Under the pieces are notes generated by a model. That model was not told the origin of the DNA and ran no database searches. It worked only from the letters and a program-made list of their open reading frames with translations. From Octopus sinensis (Eukaryota), in the NCBI RefSeq assembly GCF_006345805.1, contig NC_043002.1:95790001-95854000 (forward strand): a DNA stretch of 64,000 nt, read 5' to 3'. Of the stretch, positions 12,295 through 23,974 are shown piece by piece. The translations under genes were made by a program, and so were the position numbers. Position 1 is the stretch's first letter; each line of letters starts with the position of its first letter.

Positions 12295-12672
12295 TTACAT
12301 AGAATGTGTGCGGTGCCTCGTAGTGCTATTTTCTGTATGTTATATATATTTGTTAGTCCTGGTGTTTTTGTCATGTATTTGTCTGAATATTTTTTATCAT
12401 ACCTATGATAGGAATTGTTTCTGTTTTTAGACTCCACATTCGAGTTAGCTCTATTTCCAGGTCTTTGTATTTTGAAAGTTTTTCCATTTCTTTTAGAGAA
12501 ACATTGTCATCTGTTGGTATTGATACATCAATTAGAAAGCAGTTTTTTTTTTTCTTGATGATTTCTGACAACTATATCTGGCCTATTAGCCTTAATTTCT
12601 CTATCTATGTATATTGGCATATCCCATAGTATTGTTGCATTCTCATTTTCTGTGACCTTTTTTGGGCATGTG
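12295..12672 (-). pseudogene. R4/Dong-like non-LTR retrotransposon, RLE endonuclease fragment
   Basis: KKNCFLIDVSIPTDDNVSLKEMEKLSKYKDLEIELTRMW, nearly identical to 13961-14260; 5' side abuts (TTA)n at 12675. Confidence 0.85.
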
Positions 12673-12734
12673 CCTTATTATTATTATTATCATTATTATT
12701 ATTATTATTATTATTATCATTATTATCATTATTA

Positions 12735-13317
12735 TTGAGTGAGAGAGCAGTGCATGCCATCAAAGTGACACTGGAGTAAAATATACAAAGCCCAGCATAT
12801 CCATCATGACTACCCGTCTGATAAGGGTACACCAGGCACATGCATCACAACCATATGTGCGTGACATGGTGATCTCATATCAAGGTAAACAGCACATGAC
12901 CTTGCAGGTGGGGCCCAGTTAGAATTTTCTTCTGGTCGAGTAACCCATCCCACTCAAAAGGTCCCTGAATAAGGGTTGTTTAAGGATGTTGAACAAAACA
13001 CCCATGTTTCCAGAGGTGAAATATTCAAACCCTAAAGAATCCCTCTCAACACATGGCTATGATGCTTCCTCACTACTTCTGCTCGTGATCAGAGATGCAC
13101 ATATTGTCATCCACTAAAGGACATGGTCAACTGGTTAAGGTCAAACAACTGACAAGCAAATCTGTGGTATTGAGCAGAATATTTGCTGTAGCCCATCTTT
13201 TATACCAAGACAAAGCAATGTACATGATAACACTTCCAATCAGTTAAGATCAGCAGCCATGAGAGCCACTGCATGGTACTGCATCAGGGCAAGCCACTGC
13301 TTGGTACTGCATCAGGG

Positions 13318-13320
<3 letters not shown>
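12735..13320. mobile_element. ~590-bp non-coding interspersed element embedded in a (TTA)n array
   Basis: Complex non-coding sequence bounded on both sides by TTA repeats, with a 27-bp terminal tandem duplication GCCACTGC(A/T)TGGTACTGCATCAGGGCA; class not determinable from one copy. Confidence 0.55.
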
Positions 13321-13353
<33 letters not shown>

Positions 13354-13429
13354 TACTACTACTATTATTATTATCATTATTGCTATTATCATCATTATCA
13401 TCATCATTATTATTATTATTATTATTACT

Positions 13430-13755
13430 TAGGGGTTTCAAGCAAATTTCTACTGAATCATCTGCTACACCTCATGTTGCTGGGGTCTATGCAGCATTGT
13501 GTACTCTCTTTTGTTGTTGTTGGGGGAGTGCAATCCTTTTGTTGTATTAGTGTTTCTATTGTATGTTATGTGTGTAATGTTGCTGGTGGTGGTTTATTTT
13601 ATTGGATATTTGCTATATACAGTGCATCTTGTGTTTGTGGATTGTTTTGTTTGGGTTGTATTATTGAATTGATAGTCTTGCATAGGATGTGGGCTGTTCC
13701 TAGCAGGGCCATTTTTATGATAGTGTGCAGTGCAGTGTTGAGGGTCCAGGTATAG
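13430..13755 (-). pseudogene. 3' end of a second R4/Dong-like lineage
   Basis: IKMALLGTAHILCKT matches IQKIALLDTAHILRRT of the neighbouring element; different 3' UTR; TTA tracts on both sides. Confidence 0.7.
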
Positions 13756-13864
13756 CTTCTATGTATTATTATTATTACTATTATTATTATTGTTATTATT
13801 ATCATTATTATTATTATAATTATTATTATTATTATTATCATTATTATTATTATTATTATTATTC

Positions 13865-15880
13865 CGTAGTTATATTTTTATAGCGTGCTTTCATTTCACT
13901 ACCGAGCACAGCTCTGTGTGCCTTGGGTATGTGCTGTGATTTGTTGTGATGCTCTGGTGGTTATTGTATGGAAAGTGTTCTGCGTAGGATGTGTGCAGTG
14001 TCTAGTAATGCAATTTTCTGTATGTTATATGTGTTTGTAAGTCCTGGTGTTTTTGTTATGCATTTGTCTGAATATTTTTTTATCATGCCTAATGCACCTA
14101 CTATGATAGGAATTGTTTCTGTTTTTAGATTCCACATTCTGGTTACCTCTATTTCCAGGTCTTTGTATTTTGAAAGTTTCTCCATTTCTTTTAGAGACAC
14201 GTTGTCATCTACTGGTATTGATACATCAATTAGAAAGCATTTTTTTCTTCATGATCTCTGACAACTATATCTGGTCTGTTGGCCTTAATTTCTCTGTGTG
14301 TATCGGCATATCCCAGAGTATGGTTGCTTTCTCGTTTTCTGTGACCTTTTCTGGTGTGTGCTTATACCATCTTTTTTCTGTTGTTATTCCATAATGTTGG
14401 CATAGCTTCCAGTGTATGTAGGTCCCAACTCTGTCATGTCTGTGAATATATTCCTTCTTAGCCAGGACTGGGCAGCCAGAGATAATATGATTTATTGTTT
14501 CTTGTCCATCTCCACATATTCTGCAGTTACTTGTTATATTTCTTTTCATTACATGTTTTTTGGTAATTTCTGGTGGGGAGGCTTTGGTCTTGTGCTGCAA
14601 TTAAAAATCCCTCTGTCTCTGCTTTGAGTCCTGAGCTTCTCAAACATTGCTGGGATTTTTCTTTGTCTATTTCTTTTGCATTTAGTTTAGTCCAGTATTT
14701 ACCATGAAGGGGCTTTTCTTGCCATCATTTTATCATGGTTCTTTGCTGTTCTAGTTTTAATTTGGATTTCATTTGTTTTATAGCTTTTGTTGTTTCTTCA
14801 TCTTCTTCTTCTTCTTCATATTTGTTAGGTGGTATGATTTCTTGTTTGTATTTGTCAGCTTCTGAGAGCAGTTTTTTGTTTTGCTCGTGTTTTGCCACTA
14901 TTTGTATCAGTTTTCCTTCCTTCTGAAGTAGATATTTTTGCAGTCCTATGGGGGTTATTTTATAGTAGTTTTCCAGCTGTATAAGGCTTCTACCACCTTC
15001 TATACGTTGTATATATAGTCTTTCTATGTCAGATTTTGGGTGATGCATCCTAGATCCTGTCATTATTTTTCTTGTTTTCCTATCTATTTTGGTCAGTTCA
15101 TTTAGTGTCCAGTTAAGGATATTGTAGCTGTAACTTATAACTGGGACAACTAAAGTGTTAATACCTATTATCTTGTTTTTAGCATTGTGCTCTGTTTTTA
15201 GTATTGATCTAACTCGTCTATAATATTCTTTTTTTATTTTCTCTTTCATTTGTGTGTGTTGTGTCTTATCTAGTTCATGAATTCCTAAGTATTTGTAAGT
15301 TTGGCTTTGGTCTAATTCTTTTATTTCATTGGTTTTATCTAGTGTGATGTTGCTACTCTTAACTAGTTTTCTTCTTTTCAGGGTTACTTTGGTGCATTTT
15401 TCTAATCCAAATTTCATATCTATTTCTTTGGTAAATCCATGAACTGTCTTTAATAGTGTTTCCAGCTGTTTGTCATTTGCAGCGTATAGTTTTAGGTCAT
15501 CCATATATAAAAGGTGGCTGATCGTTTTGCCGTAACATTTATATCTGCATCCAGTTCTATTTAGCATATCAGATAGAGGTGACAGTGCCAAGCAGAAAAG
15601 GAGTGGAGAGAGCGTGTCTCCCTGGAATATTCCTCTTCTAATGGGGATGGCTTTGGTTTTCACGAGTCCCTCTTTTGTTTGGAGCTGTAGCACTGTTTGC
15701 CATTTATTCATAGAGCGTCCTATGTATATTATGATTGTTGATGCTACTTTGTTAATGGTTAATGTTTCAAGGATCCATGTGTGGGGGATGTTATCAAACG
15801 CCTTTTTGTAGTCGATCAAGGCTATACTGAGGCCTTTCTTCTTTCTGTGGCTGTCTTCAGTTATGGCTTTATTCATCATT
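13865..15880 (-). mobile_element. 5'-truncated R4/Dong-clade RLE non-LTR retrotransposon (RT, CCHC, RLE endonuclease; frameshifted)
   Basis: RT 14725-15879 (IDYKKAFD, GIFQGDTLSPLLF, LLYMDDLK), CRICGDGQETINHIISGC..RHD 14265-14600, RLE (IDVSIP..KLSKYKDL) to stop at 13961; (AAT)n at both ends. Confidence 0.92.
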
Positions 15881-15987
15881 AGTTGATCTTTTATTATTAT
15901 TATTTCTTTTTTTTATTATTATTATTATTATTATCATTATTATTATTATTATTATCATTATTATTATTTTTATTATCATTATTATTA

Positions 15988-16057
<70 letters not shown>

Positions 16058-16089
16058 CATTATTATTATTATTATTATCATTATTATTA

Positions 16090-16120
<31 letters not shown>

Positions 16121-16182
16121 CATTATTATTATTTTTATTATTATTATTATCATTATTATTATTATCATTATCATTATTATTA

Positions 16183-16217
<35 letters not shown>

Positions 16218-16250
16218 TTTATTATAATTAGTATTATTATTATTATAAGA
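15881..16250. repeat. ~370-bp (TTA)n/(TCA) array
   Basis: Direct reading. Confidence 0.95.
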
Positions 16251-16269
16251 AATCATTATATATATATAT

Positions 16270-16552
16270 CATGGACTCTCCCATCATTAGACGACGCATG
16301 ACGGTTCAGCAATTTCTTGCCGAACAACCACAGAGATGATCTGTTTATAGTGATCAAATGTTTGTGTACACATAAGCTCAGTCCCTCCATCAAATCAACA
16401 TTACTTGTTTAGCTGCACCGTGTACCACATGCTGGATGATGATATGATCGCAGAGCAACGTGAAATGAAGTGCTTTGCTCAAGAACACAATGCAATACCC
16501 AGTCTAGGAATCGAACCTACGATCTCACAATCATGAGTGCAACACCCTTGCA
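16270..16552 (-). mobile_element. tRNA-headed CORE-like SINE (degraded)
   Basis: Minus strand: GTGAGATCGTAGGTTCGATTCCTAGACTGG (B-box-like), then CTTGAGCAAAGCACTTCATTTCACGTTGCTC. Confidence 0.65.
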
Positions 16553-16562
16553 TTTTTCTTCA

Positions 16563-16611
<49 letters not shown>

Positions 16612-16711
16612 AGAGAAAGAACAATTAGAAGGACAAGCAAAAAAAGACAGGTCATTTGTGGTCTTCTTTCCTCAGTCAAGTACCAGAAATCAATATATAT
16701 ATATATATATA

Positions 16712-17503
16712 TAGAAGTAAATATATGGCACAACGAAGTACCGATATTTACTGGAAAATAGCGAACGTAATAATATGACGCTAATGTATAGCTTCACCGC
16801 GTATATACTAACAAAAATGCGTGAGTGCAACAAACTTGAAAAAAATTGTCTTACCTCCAGGGAGAACATCTGAAAGATGAAATACCTAGAAAGGGATAAT
16901 GTGGGACTGGGACCGGTTTCAGATTTTTCAAGATATGCCTGCACACATATACTTGATCTATCATCATCAGCCAACATATACCACGACAACATTTCAGATG
17001 TTGCCACATTAATGCCAATACACTCGACTGAAACGCTAAAACGCTGACAGAACGAGAACGGTGAAGAAGTTTCAATAAAAATAGTAATGCAATACGAGAG
17101 TATTGCTTTCCAGTAAAGAATAGCCCATGAGGGAAAATTATACATAGAAGTAAATATATGGCACAATGAAGTACCGATATTTACTGGAAAATAGCGAACG
17201 TAAAAATACGACGCTAATGTATAGCTTCACCGCGTATATACTAACAAAAATGCGTGAGTGCAACAAACTTGAAAAAAAATGTCTTACCTCCAGGGAGAAC
17301 ATCTGAAAGATGAAACACCTAGAAAGGGATAATTTTTGCTAGTATATACACGGTGAAGCTATACATTAGCGTCGTATTATTACGTTCACTATTTTCCAGT
17401 AAATATTGGTACTTCGTTGTGCCATATATTTACTTCTATGTATAATTTTCCCTCACGGGCTATTCTTTACTGGAAAGCAATACTCTCGTATTGCATTGCT
17501 ATT
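16712..17503 (-). mobile_element. Penelope pseudo-LTR-type structure: 189-bp direct repeats (period 433 bp) plus 170-bp inverted arm
   Basis: Direct repeats 16712-16900 and 17145-17333; 17080-17249 inverted at 17334-17503; (TA)n at both ends; internal hammerhead. Confidence 0.8.
16898..17010 (-). ncRNA. Type I hammerhead ribozyme
   Basis: Minus strand: TGG-CTGATGA-TGAT, stem II (AGAT/ATCT, CAAG/CTTG, ATATG/CATAT), GAAAC-CG-GTC|CCA; distal stem I AATGTGG/CCACATT; cut between 16911 and 16910. Confidence 0.75.
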
Positions 17504-17791
17504 ATATATATATATATTTTTTTTTTTTTTTCTAGTTTCAGCTCAGAGCTGCAGCCATGCTGATGCACCACCATATAATAATTATTATTTGAGGGAATAA
17601 AATCCATACTTTTTTCTACCTATTATATACGTTTTTATTATTATTTTTTTGCAATTTACTTAATCTTTGACATTTTATTGTTATTTTAATTTAATTTTTT
17701 CTATTATATGCAATTTTCTAGATGGTGTAATTTAATTGTTCATTTTGAATTGATAAAAGGTGGGTTTTTTTCTAATTTTATCTATATATAT

Positions 17792-18190
17792 AGGAGTGGC
17801 TGTGTGGTAAGCAGCTTGTTTACCAACCACATGGTTCCGGGTTCACTCCCACTGCATGGCACCTTGGGCAAGTGTCTTTTACTATAGCCTCGAGCCAACC
17901 AAAGCCTTGTGAGTGGATTTTGTAGAAGGAAACTGAAAGAAGCCCGTCGTATATATGTATATATATATATATATATATGCATGTTTGTGTTTGTGTGTCT
18001 GTGTTTGTGCCCCTAGCATTGCTTGACAACCGATGCTGGTTTGTTTATGTCCCCATTACTTAGCGGTTCAGCAAAAGAGACAGATAGAATAAGTACTGGG
18101 CTTACAAAAGTCCCAGGGTCAAGTTACTCAATTAAAGGCAGTGCTCCAGCATGGCCACAGTCAAATGACTGAAACAAGTAAAAGAGTAAA
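17792..18190 (+). mobile_element. SINE family A copy
   Basis: Colinear with 2721-3150. Confidence 0.85.
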
Positions 18191-18367
18191 AAAAGAGAGA
18201 GTACATATATATATATTAAAGGAAAAAAGAAAATGGAGAAAAAATGGATGTATGAGTAATTTTTTTGTGTTATAAAATGATGGAAATTTCTTTTAAAAAT
18301 ACATAATGGTACAAATAAATTGATTACAAGTTGTAAGGCTCAAAAAGTAAATTAACTTACATACATG

Positions 18368-18530
18368 TTTCACTCCTATCACCAAGTTGATTAAAAGTTC
18401 TAAGCATTTGGTTAAATGCTAAGAAAGGTATCATATTCTAACTATACCCCATATAGTTAGAATATGATACCTTTTTTAGTGTTTAACCAAATGCTTAGAA
18501 CTTCTGATCAACTAGGTGATAGGACTGAAA
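18368..18530. repeat. Near-perfect fold-back palindrome, 79-bp arms, 5-nt loop
   Basis: 18368-18446 vs 18452-18530; outer 16-bp IR at 18229-18244 / 18533-18548. Confidence 0.9.
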
Positions 18531-18777
18531 TGTTTTTTCTCCATTTTCTTATTCCTTCAATGTTGATATATAATTTCAATAATCCCTAACAGATACCAGT
18601 GACTTTCACATTATATGATAGGGATTAAATAGTGGAATATCATGGAGTTTATAATCCCTTATATTTATATATGTGTATGTATATATGTATATATATATAT
18701 ATATGTATGTATGTATGTATGTGTATATATATATATATATAAATTAATCAAAATAAAAACATGATGCCAAGAATTCA

Positions 18778-18855
18778 GCGGTACATATGTTTCGGGCCTT
18801 TATTAGACGGATTTATAACAATGCATAATGTGTGTCTATGGCCTTCTTCAGCCAC
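18778..18855 (-). ncRNA. Type I hammerhead ribozyme
   Basis: Minus strand: GTGG-CTGAAGA-AGGCC ATAGAC...GTCTA..GGCC-C-GAAAC-ATAT-GTA|CCGC; stem III palindrome ACATATGT. Confidence 0.75.
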
Positions 18856-19344
18856 GCACAATTACTACCTCAAGGACATGTATTACATCAAAAACTCTAC
18901 GTTGGGGATGCAAATCCTCTCATTCGCGTACGACATAATGCGGCAACAGCACAAAAATGAAGCATCCATCTCGTCCTTCTCTCAATGTAGAATGAGGAAG
19001 TTTGGATGTTGAGGTAATATAAATAAATGAATAAATAAATATATGCATATATAAATACAGACAGACGTGAAGGAACCTGGTAATAAGAGTAAATAGGGAT
19101 AAAGATGGAGGGGCGAGAATTCAGGACGAAGGATAAAAAATATAAAAATGTGAAAGATAAAAGAATATAAGTATAGAAATATAAAAATATAGAGTATAAA
19201 GATATAAAGAGATATAAAAAAGTATAAGTGAATATAAAGATATAAAGTTATAAAAAAATATATAAAAAAATATTAAAAAATTATCAGAAATATAAAGGAT
19301 ATAAGAATATAGAAATGTAAAAGAATATAAGGATAAGGGATATA

Positions 19345-19490
19345 AAGTTGTTACGGACCAACATGGTGGTCAGGAAAATGACATATTCTGGTTGTAGAAG
19401 CCGTGGGTGTCATAAAGAGTATTGGAAATTAGAGTTGTCTGGTTAAACCGCTTATCTAGTTGCTTGTAACGTGTCAAGTGGTCTGCATGT
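19345..19490 (-). pseudogene. Possible Penelope ORF linker fragment
   Basis: NTLYDTHGFYNQNMSFS*PPCWSVTT resembles the PLE 'R-x-IIWFNPP' linker; adjacent to the HHR-bearing segment. Confidence 0.35.
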
Positions 19491-19607
19491 ACATACGTAC
19501 ACGCATGGATACATACACACATATATACACGCGTACATATACGCACACATACGCAACCACACGCATACAAGCATACATACATACACTCGTGTAAACATAT
19601 ACAGATA

Positions 19608-20900
19608 CGAGGGACGTTCAATAAGTAATGCCTCTGACCCACTTGCAGTTGTTTGATCTAGCTGAAATTTTGCACGTGCAATTATTCATATCTCTATAGA
19701 TTAAGTGGCAAATTACAGCTCTGAATTAATTGTGGTTTCTGATTTACAGGTGTTTGAACTGAGTCAAGTGTGAAATGGAGCCTGTTGAGTGTCGAGCAGT
19801 GATCCGGTTTTTGTATTTGAAAGGACACACACCACGGGAGACTTTTGATGAAATGAAAGTAACTTATGGTGATGATGCCCCATCATATGACCTTGTAAAA
19901 TGCTGGCATCGTGAATTCAAACATGGTCGGAACTCTGTGGAAGCAGCTCCCAGATCTGGTCGCCCCCCTTCTTCCATTGATGAGGCATCTGTCCGTCAAG
20001 TTGAGGCTGCCATTTTGGAAGATTGACGCATAACTATTCGCCAAATAGCCCATGAGGTCAAGATTAGTACCGGGTCTGTGAAATCGATCATTCATGACCA
20101 TTTTCACATGCAAAAGGTGTCTGCCAGATGGATTCCCAAGTTGCTCACACCTTTCCAGAAGCAAGAACGCGTCGAGTGCTTGAGGATGAATTTGGAGATG
20201 TGCCAAGAAGATGAGTCAAAATTTTTCAAAAGACTGATTACACAGGATGAAACCTGGGTCCATCACTATGATCCAGAGACCAAAGCCCAGTCAATGCTGT
20301 GGAAGCACCGTGACTCACCTCTTCCAAAGAAGGCAAGGGTGCAGCTCTCCACTGGCAAGGTCATGCTCACAGTCTTCTGGGACCAGGACGAAGTAGTGAT
20401 GACAGATTTCCTGGCAAAGGGTACTACAATTACAGGAGCCTATTATGCTTCACTTTTGAGGAAATTAAGAGAAGCTATCAAAATCAAGAGGCAGGGCAAG
20501 ATCAGCAAAGGCATCCTCCTCCTGCAGGACAACGCTCCGGTCCACAACTCGCGTGTCGCCAGATCAGAAGCACAGGAGTGCAGCTATGAACTCATTCCCC
20601 ATCCCCCCTACTCTCCTGACCTTGCACCCTCTGATTTTCACCTCTTCCCAGCCATGAAGTTGTTTTTGAAAGGAAAGCGTTTCCCAGATGATGCAGCCTT
20701 GATTTCTAAAGTCACGCCGTGGCTGGAGGACCAAGCTGGGGTCTTCTACAAAAACGGTCTTCAGAGCTGCATCAACCGATGGAAGAAATGCATAACTCTG
20801 GGTGGTTCCTATGTAGGAAAAGACTAATAACTGTACCAAGTTTCGTTGCTCTACTGCTATGGGAAGTGGGTCAGGGGCATTACTTATTGAACGCCCCTCG
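19608..20900 (+). mobile_element. Mariner transposon copy 1 (1293 bp, TA TSD)
   Basis: TIR CGAGGG(A/G)CGTTCAATAAGTAATGCC at both ends, each flanked by TA. Confidence 0.95.
19775..20827 (+). pseudogene. D,D34D mariner transposase, 350 codons with one in-frame TGA at 20024-20026
   Basis: ORFs 19775-20026 and 20078-20827 share a frame; motifs WIPKLL, QDETWVH, LQDNA, YSPDLAPSD with 34-aa D-D spacing. Confidence 0.93.
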
Positions 20901-21319
20901 TATATATGGAAAAAGGCGCATGTAGTTGGGTACACGAACCGACGCGCACACATACGTATATACATACACGCACATGCGTTCATATAGGCACACTCGCACT
21001 TACACGCATGCACAAGACGAAGTGAATCTCTATGCGTATGGGCAAAAATATGCATACACCTACACTCACGCCCACACCCACGCACATGGGGGAGTAGATC
21101 CCTATGCATATACACAAAAGTATGCATATGCACAGACACAGGTATAACAAATAGATCCATTCTCGCACACGGGCAAGATACGGAATTATAGTGGGTACAG
21201 TAGGGAGACATGAACGTAAGAAACTTGCGGGCAAGAAATTATAACAGAATATACATATATACACACATATACGCATATATATATACATATATGTATATAT
21301 ATATATATATACATATATG

Positions 21320-21377
<58 letters not shown>

Positions 21378-21999
21378 TATATATACACACATATACATAT
21401 ATATACATACATACATATACACACACACGTGTACATACACACACGCATATATGCATACACACGGACCCACGCACACGTATCCACACGCACACACACACAT
21501 CTGTGTGTCTATATGTGCGTGTGCACATACACTTACATACACAGACACACACACATATAGGTATAGATATATATAAAAATATTAAAAGATGTATAAAAAA
21601 ATATATAAAAAATATACAAAAGCATGTAAAAGAATTATTAAAAAGTATAAAAAAAGGGGGTACACATATTAACACAGATACCTATTCATACGCATACACA
21701 TATATACATATACAGACACACGTATAAGCATATAAGCGGATACATAGATAAGCAAATAAGGAAAAAAGAGCTAAAAATAGACATATATAGAGATAAAAAG
21801 TGATAAAATAGGGGTAAAAATAGAAGTAAGAATAAGGGTAAAAATAAGAATTAGAAATAAAAATAAGAAATAAAAAATAAAAAATAAAAAATTAAAATAA
21901 AATTAAATGAAATAAAATTAAATAAAAAGGTAATCGGGTAAAGGTTAACATGAAATGAAGGTAAAAATAAAGGGTGGTTGAAAATGTAAAGTTATAGGT

Positions 22000-22980
22000 G
22001 TGTGTTAAAGGTGACCACCTAGGGGTGGGGAGGGGAACTGAAAATTGGAAGGGTGGGAAGCGGGGTTTGGTGGTGTGTGCTCAACATCAGAGCTAGAAAT
22101 GGAAAAAGGTATAGATATAGGGAAACAAAATATCTAGATAGGAAGAAGGTAGGTGTAGGAAAAGAAATATATAGGAAAAAAAATATATGGGAGACAAAAT
22201 ATGTATATATAGGAAAGAAAATATATATATATATAGGAAAAAAAAAACCAGGATGCACTGGAGCCGACATGTTGCACTTGGATGGGAGGAAATTGCATGG
22301 GGGAGTTGGTATAATAGCCTAAGCTTTGTAGTATTTAAAAGTATTGGTAAGTTTGTGTATACAAGATGGCTTGAACTCTGACCTTTTGTTAATTAGATTG
22401 TGTTTCTCCTTGAATTTCAAGATATTCAGGAGTTCTACACAACATAGCTGGCATCCTGCTCTATTATTTAAATAAGGTGCAGCTGATCCGATGATGGACC
22501 ACCTGAGTTTGAAACCTATGCTATTGTCTTTTAATTCCCAAATTTTCTTAGATAGGGAGGTGCTGCTAGCTTTATGTCTATGCTTAAACAAGGACCGGTG
22601 GTTGTAGTATCTGGATTTCCAGGAGGTTGAGCAACCTATGTAGGTGAGTGTGTTAAACTGGGTACTCACCTCACATGAATAGATTACGTTTTTAGCCCGA
22701 CATTCACCACGTAGCGGACATTCTGATGCACTTATGCAGTTGCAGTGCACTGCATTTCCCGGTCGTGTGCTGTTAGTCCCAGGCGGAGGTGTTGCATTAA
22801 GTGTAGGAGCACTGTTATCCTCCTGGTTGTTGATGGGTGTGGTGTTGCCTCTGTTGTGTTAACGGGTGTTATTACTAACTGTTTGGGTATTATGGTTGCC
22901 AGCCCGATTATATTGACTACTGCCTGGATGAATGGGGTTCGATTGGTTGTTATAGCCTGCTCCTAATCTAGCTGTTCTAA
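22000..22980 (-). mobile_element. 3' portion of a Penelope-like element (N/T/Q-rich linker, GIY-YIG, 3' UTR)
   Basis: Contains ORF 22319-22750; ends in purine/AT-rich tracts; bounded by (TA)n. Confidence 0.75.
22319..22750 (-). CDS. Penelope GIY-YIG endonuclease domain (open, N-terminally truncated)
   Basis: CNC....CPLRGEC...VIY......YIGCST..KSRYYNH..F...TSLSKKIW..K...C.LC..E...I...LINKRSE...C.H. Confidence 0.85.
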   Translation of the reverse strand: MHCNCISASECPLRGECRAKNVIYSCEVSTQFNTLTYIGCSTSWKSRYYNHRSLFKHRHKASSTSLSKKIWELKDNSIGFKLRWSIIGSAAPYLNNRAGCQLCCVELLNILKFKEKHNLINKRSEFKPSCIHKLTNTFKYYKA

Positions 22981-22992
22981 TGTTAATATTGT

Positions 22993-23024
<32 letters not shown>

Positions 23025-23025
23025 A

Positions 23026-23097
<72 letters not shown>

Positions 23098-23312
23098 ATA
23101 TATATATGAATATTTGAGTAGTTGAATGAATTATCTTATTAAGGATAATTTGAATTAACCGATACCTGGGTAGCAAATTCACATCAGAAAAAACACGGTT
23201 GAAGTTACGTGCCTAGGGCATAGATTACGTGCTTTCGTGTGGAAATTTGTATGTTTATTTTAAAGATATAAATATATGAAAGAATGGAGCTGAACGACAA
23301 ATTAACAAAATT

Positions 23313-23407
23313 CCTTTATTTTCGACATATGTTTCGAAGGCTGCATATTCCTAATTGCGAAGGAATAAGGAGTACATTATGCCGCTTTCTCTTCAGGAAA
23401 AGCAAGG
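23313..23407 (-). ncRNA. Type I hammerhead ribozyme
   Basis: Minus strand: CCTTGCTTTTC-CTGAAGA-GAAAGCGGCAT...ATGCAGCCTTC-GAAAC-ATAT-GTC|GAAAATAAAGG; cut between 23324 and 23323. Confidence 0.82.
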
Positions 23408-23538
23408 AACTTATGTCAACATCAAAATGCACAAAAAACTTTCAGATGATTGCTCACACGGAGCCCATAGCAATATGTGATTGAGTATTATCTGGTAATT
23501 GATATTTGATTTAGATGTATTTCTCCATTTTCTTATCT

Positions 23539-23586
<48 letters not shown>

Positions 23587-23897
23587 CAGATAAGAGAAAA
23601 AAATCTATCAGAAAGGAACTCTATCTCTCTTAAAAAAATATCTTTTGATAAGCATAACAAATGTGCAACCGGTAAAAAGAACTTTCACCTAATTAAATAT
23701 ACTCTCCCATACTTAAATTATTTTGTCAGCATTTTCTTCATTTCCTTTTTTTATATATATATACATATATACATATATCACCGTGATCACCGTGACCGAC
23801 CAGGCCATCAGATGTTGTTGCACATCACTGGTCACAATGTGCTTCGCATTGTTTTAGCCTTCAAATGACGCCACCCCGCTGGCTAAGCGAGCAGGCC

Positions 23898-23974
<77 letters not shown>

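Noticed and set aside
13240-13320. Resemblance of TGCAGTACC / TAAGATCA to U2 snRNA
   Set aside because: Only short scattered matches in the wrong order; no Sm site or U2 colinearity
15869-16256. Poly-Ile, poly-Leu and poly-Asn ORFs (also poly-His, Met and Tyr at 9.5 and 13.3 kb)
   Set aside because: Trinucleotide repeat artefacts
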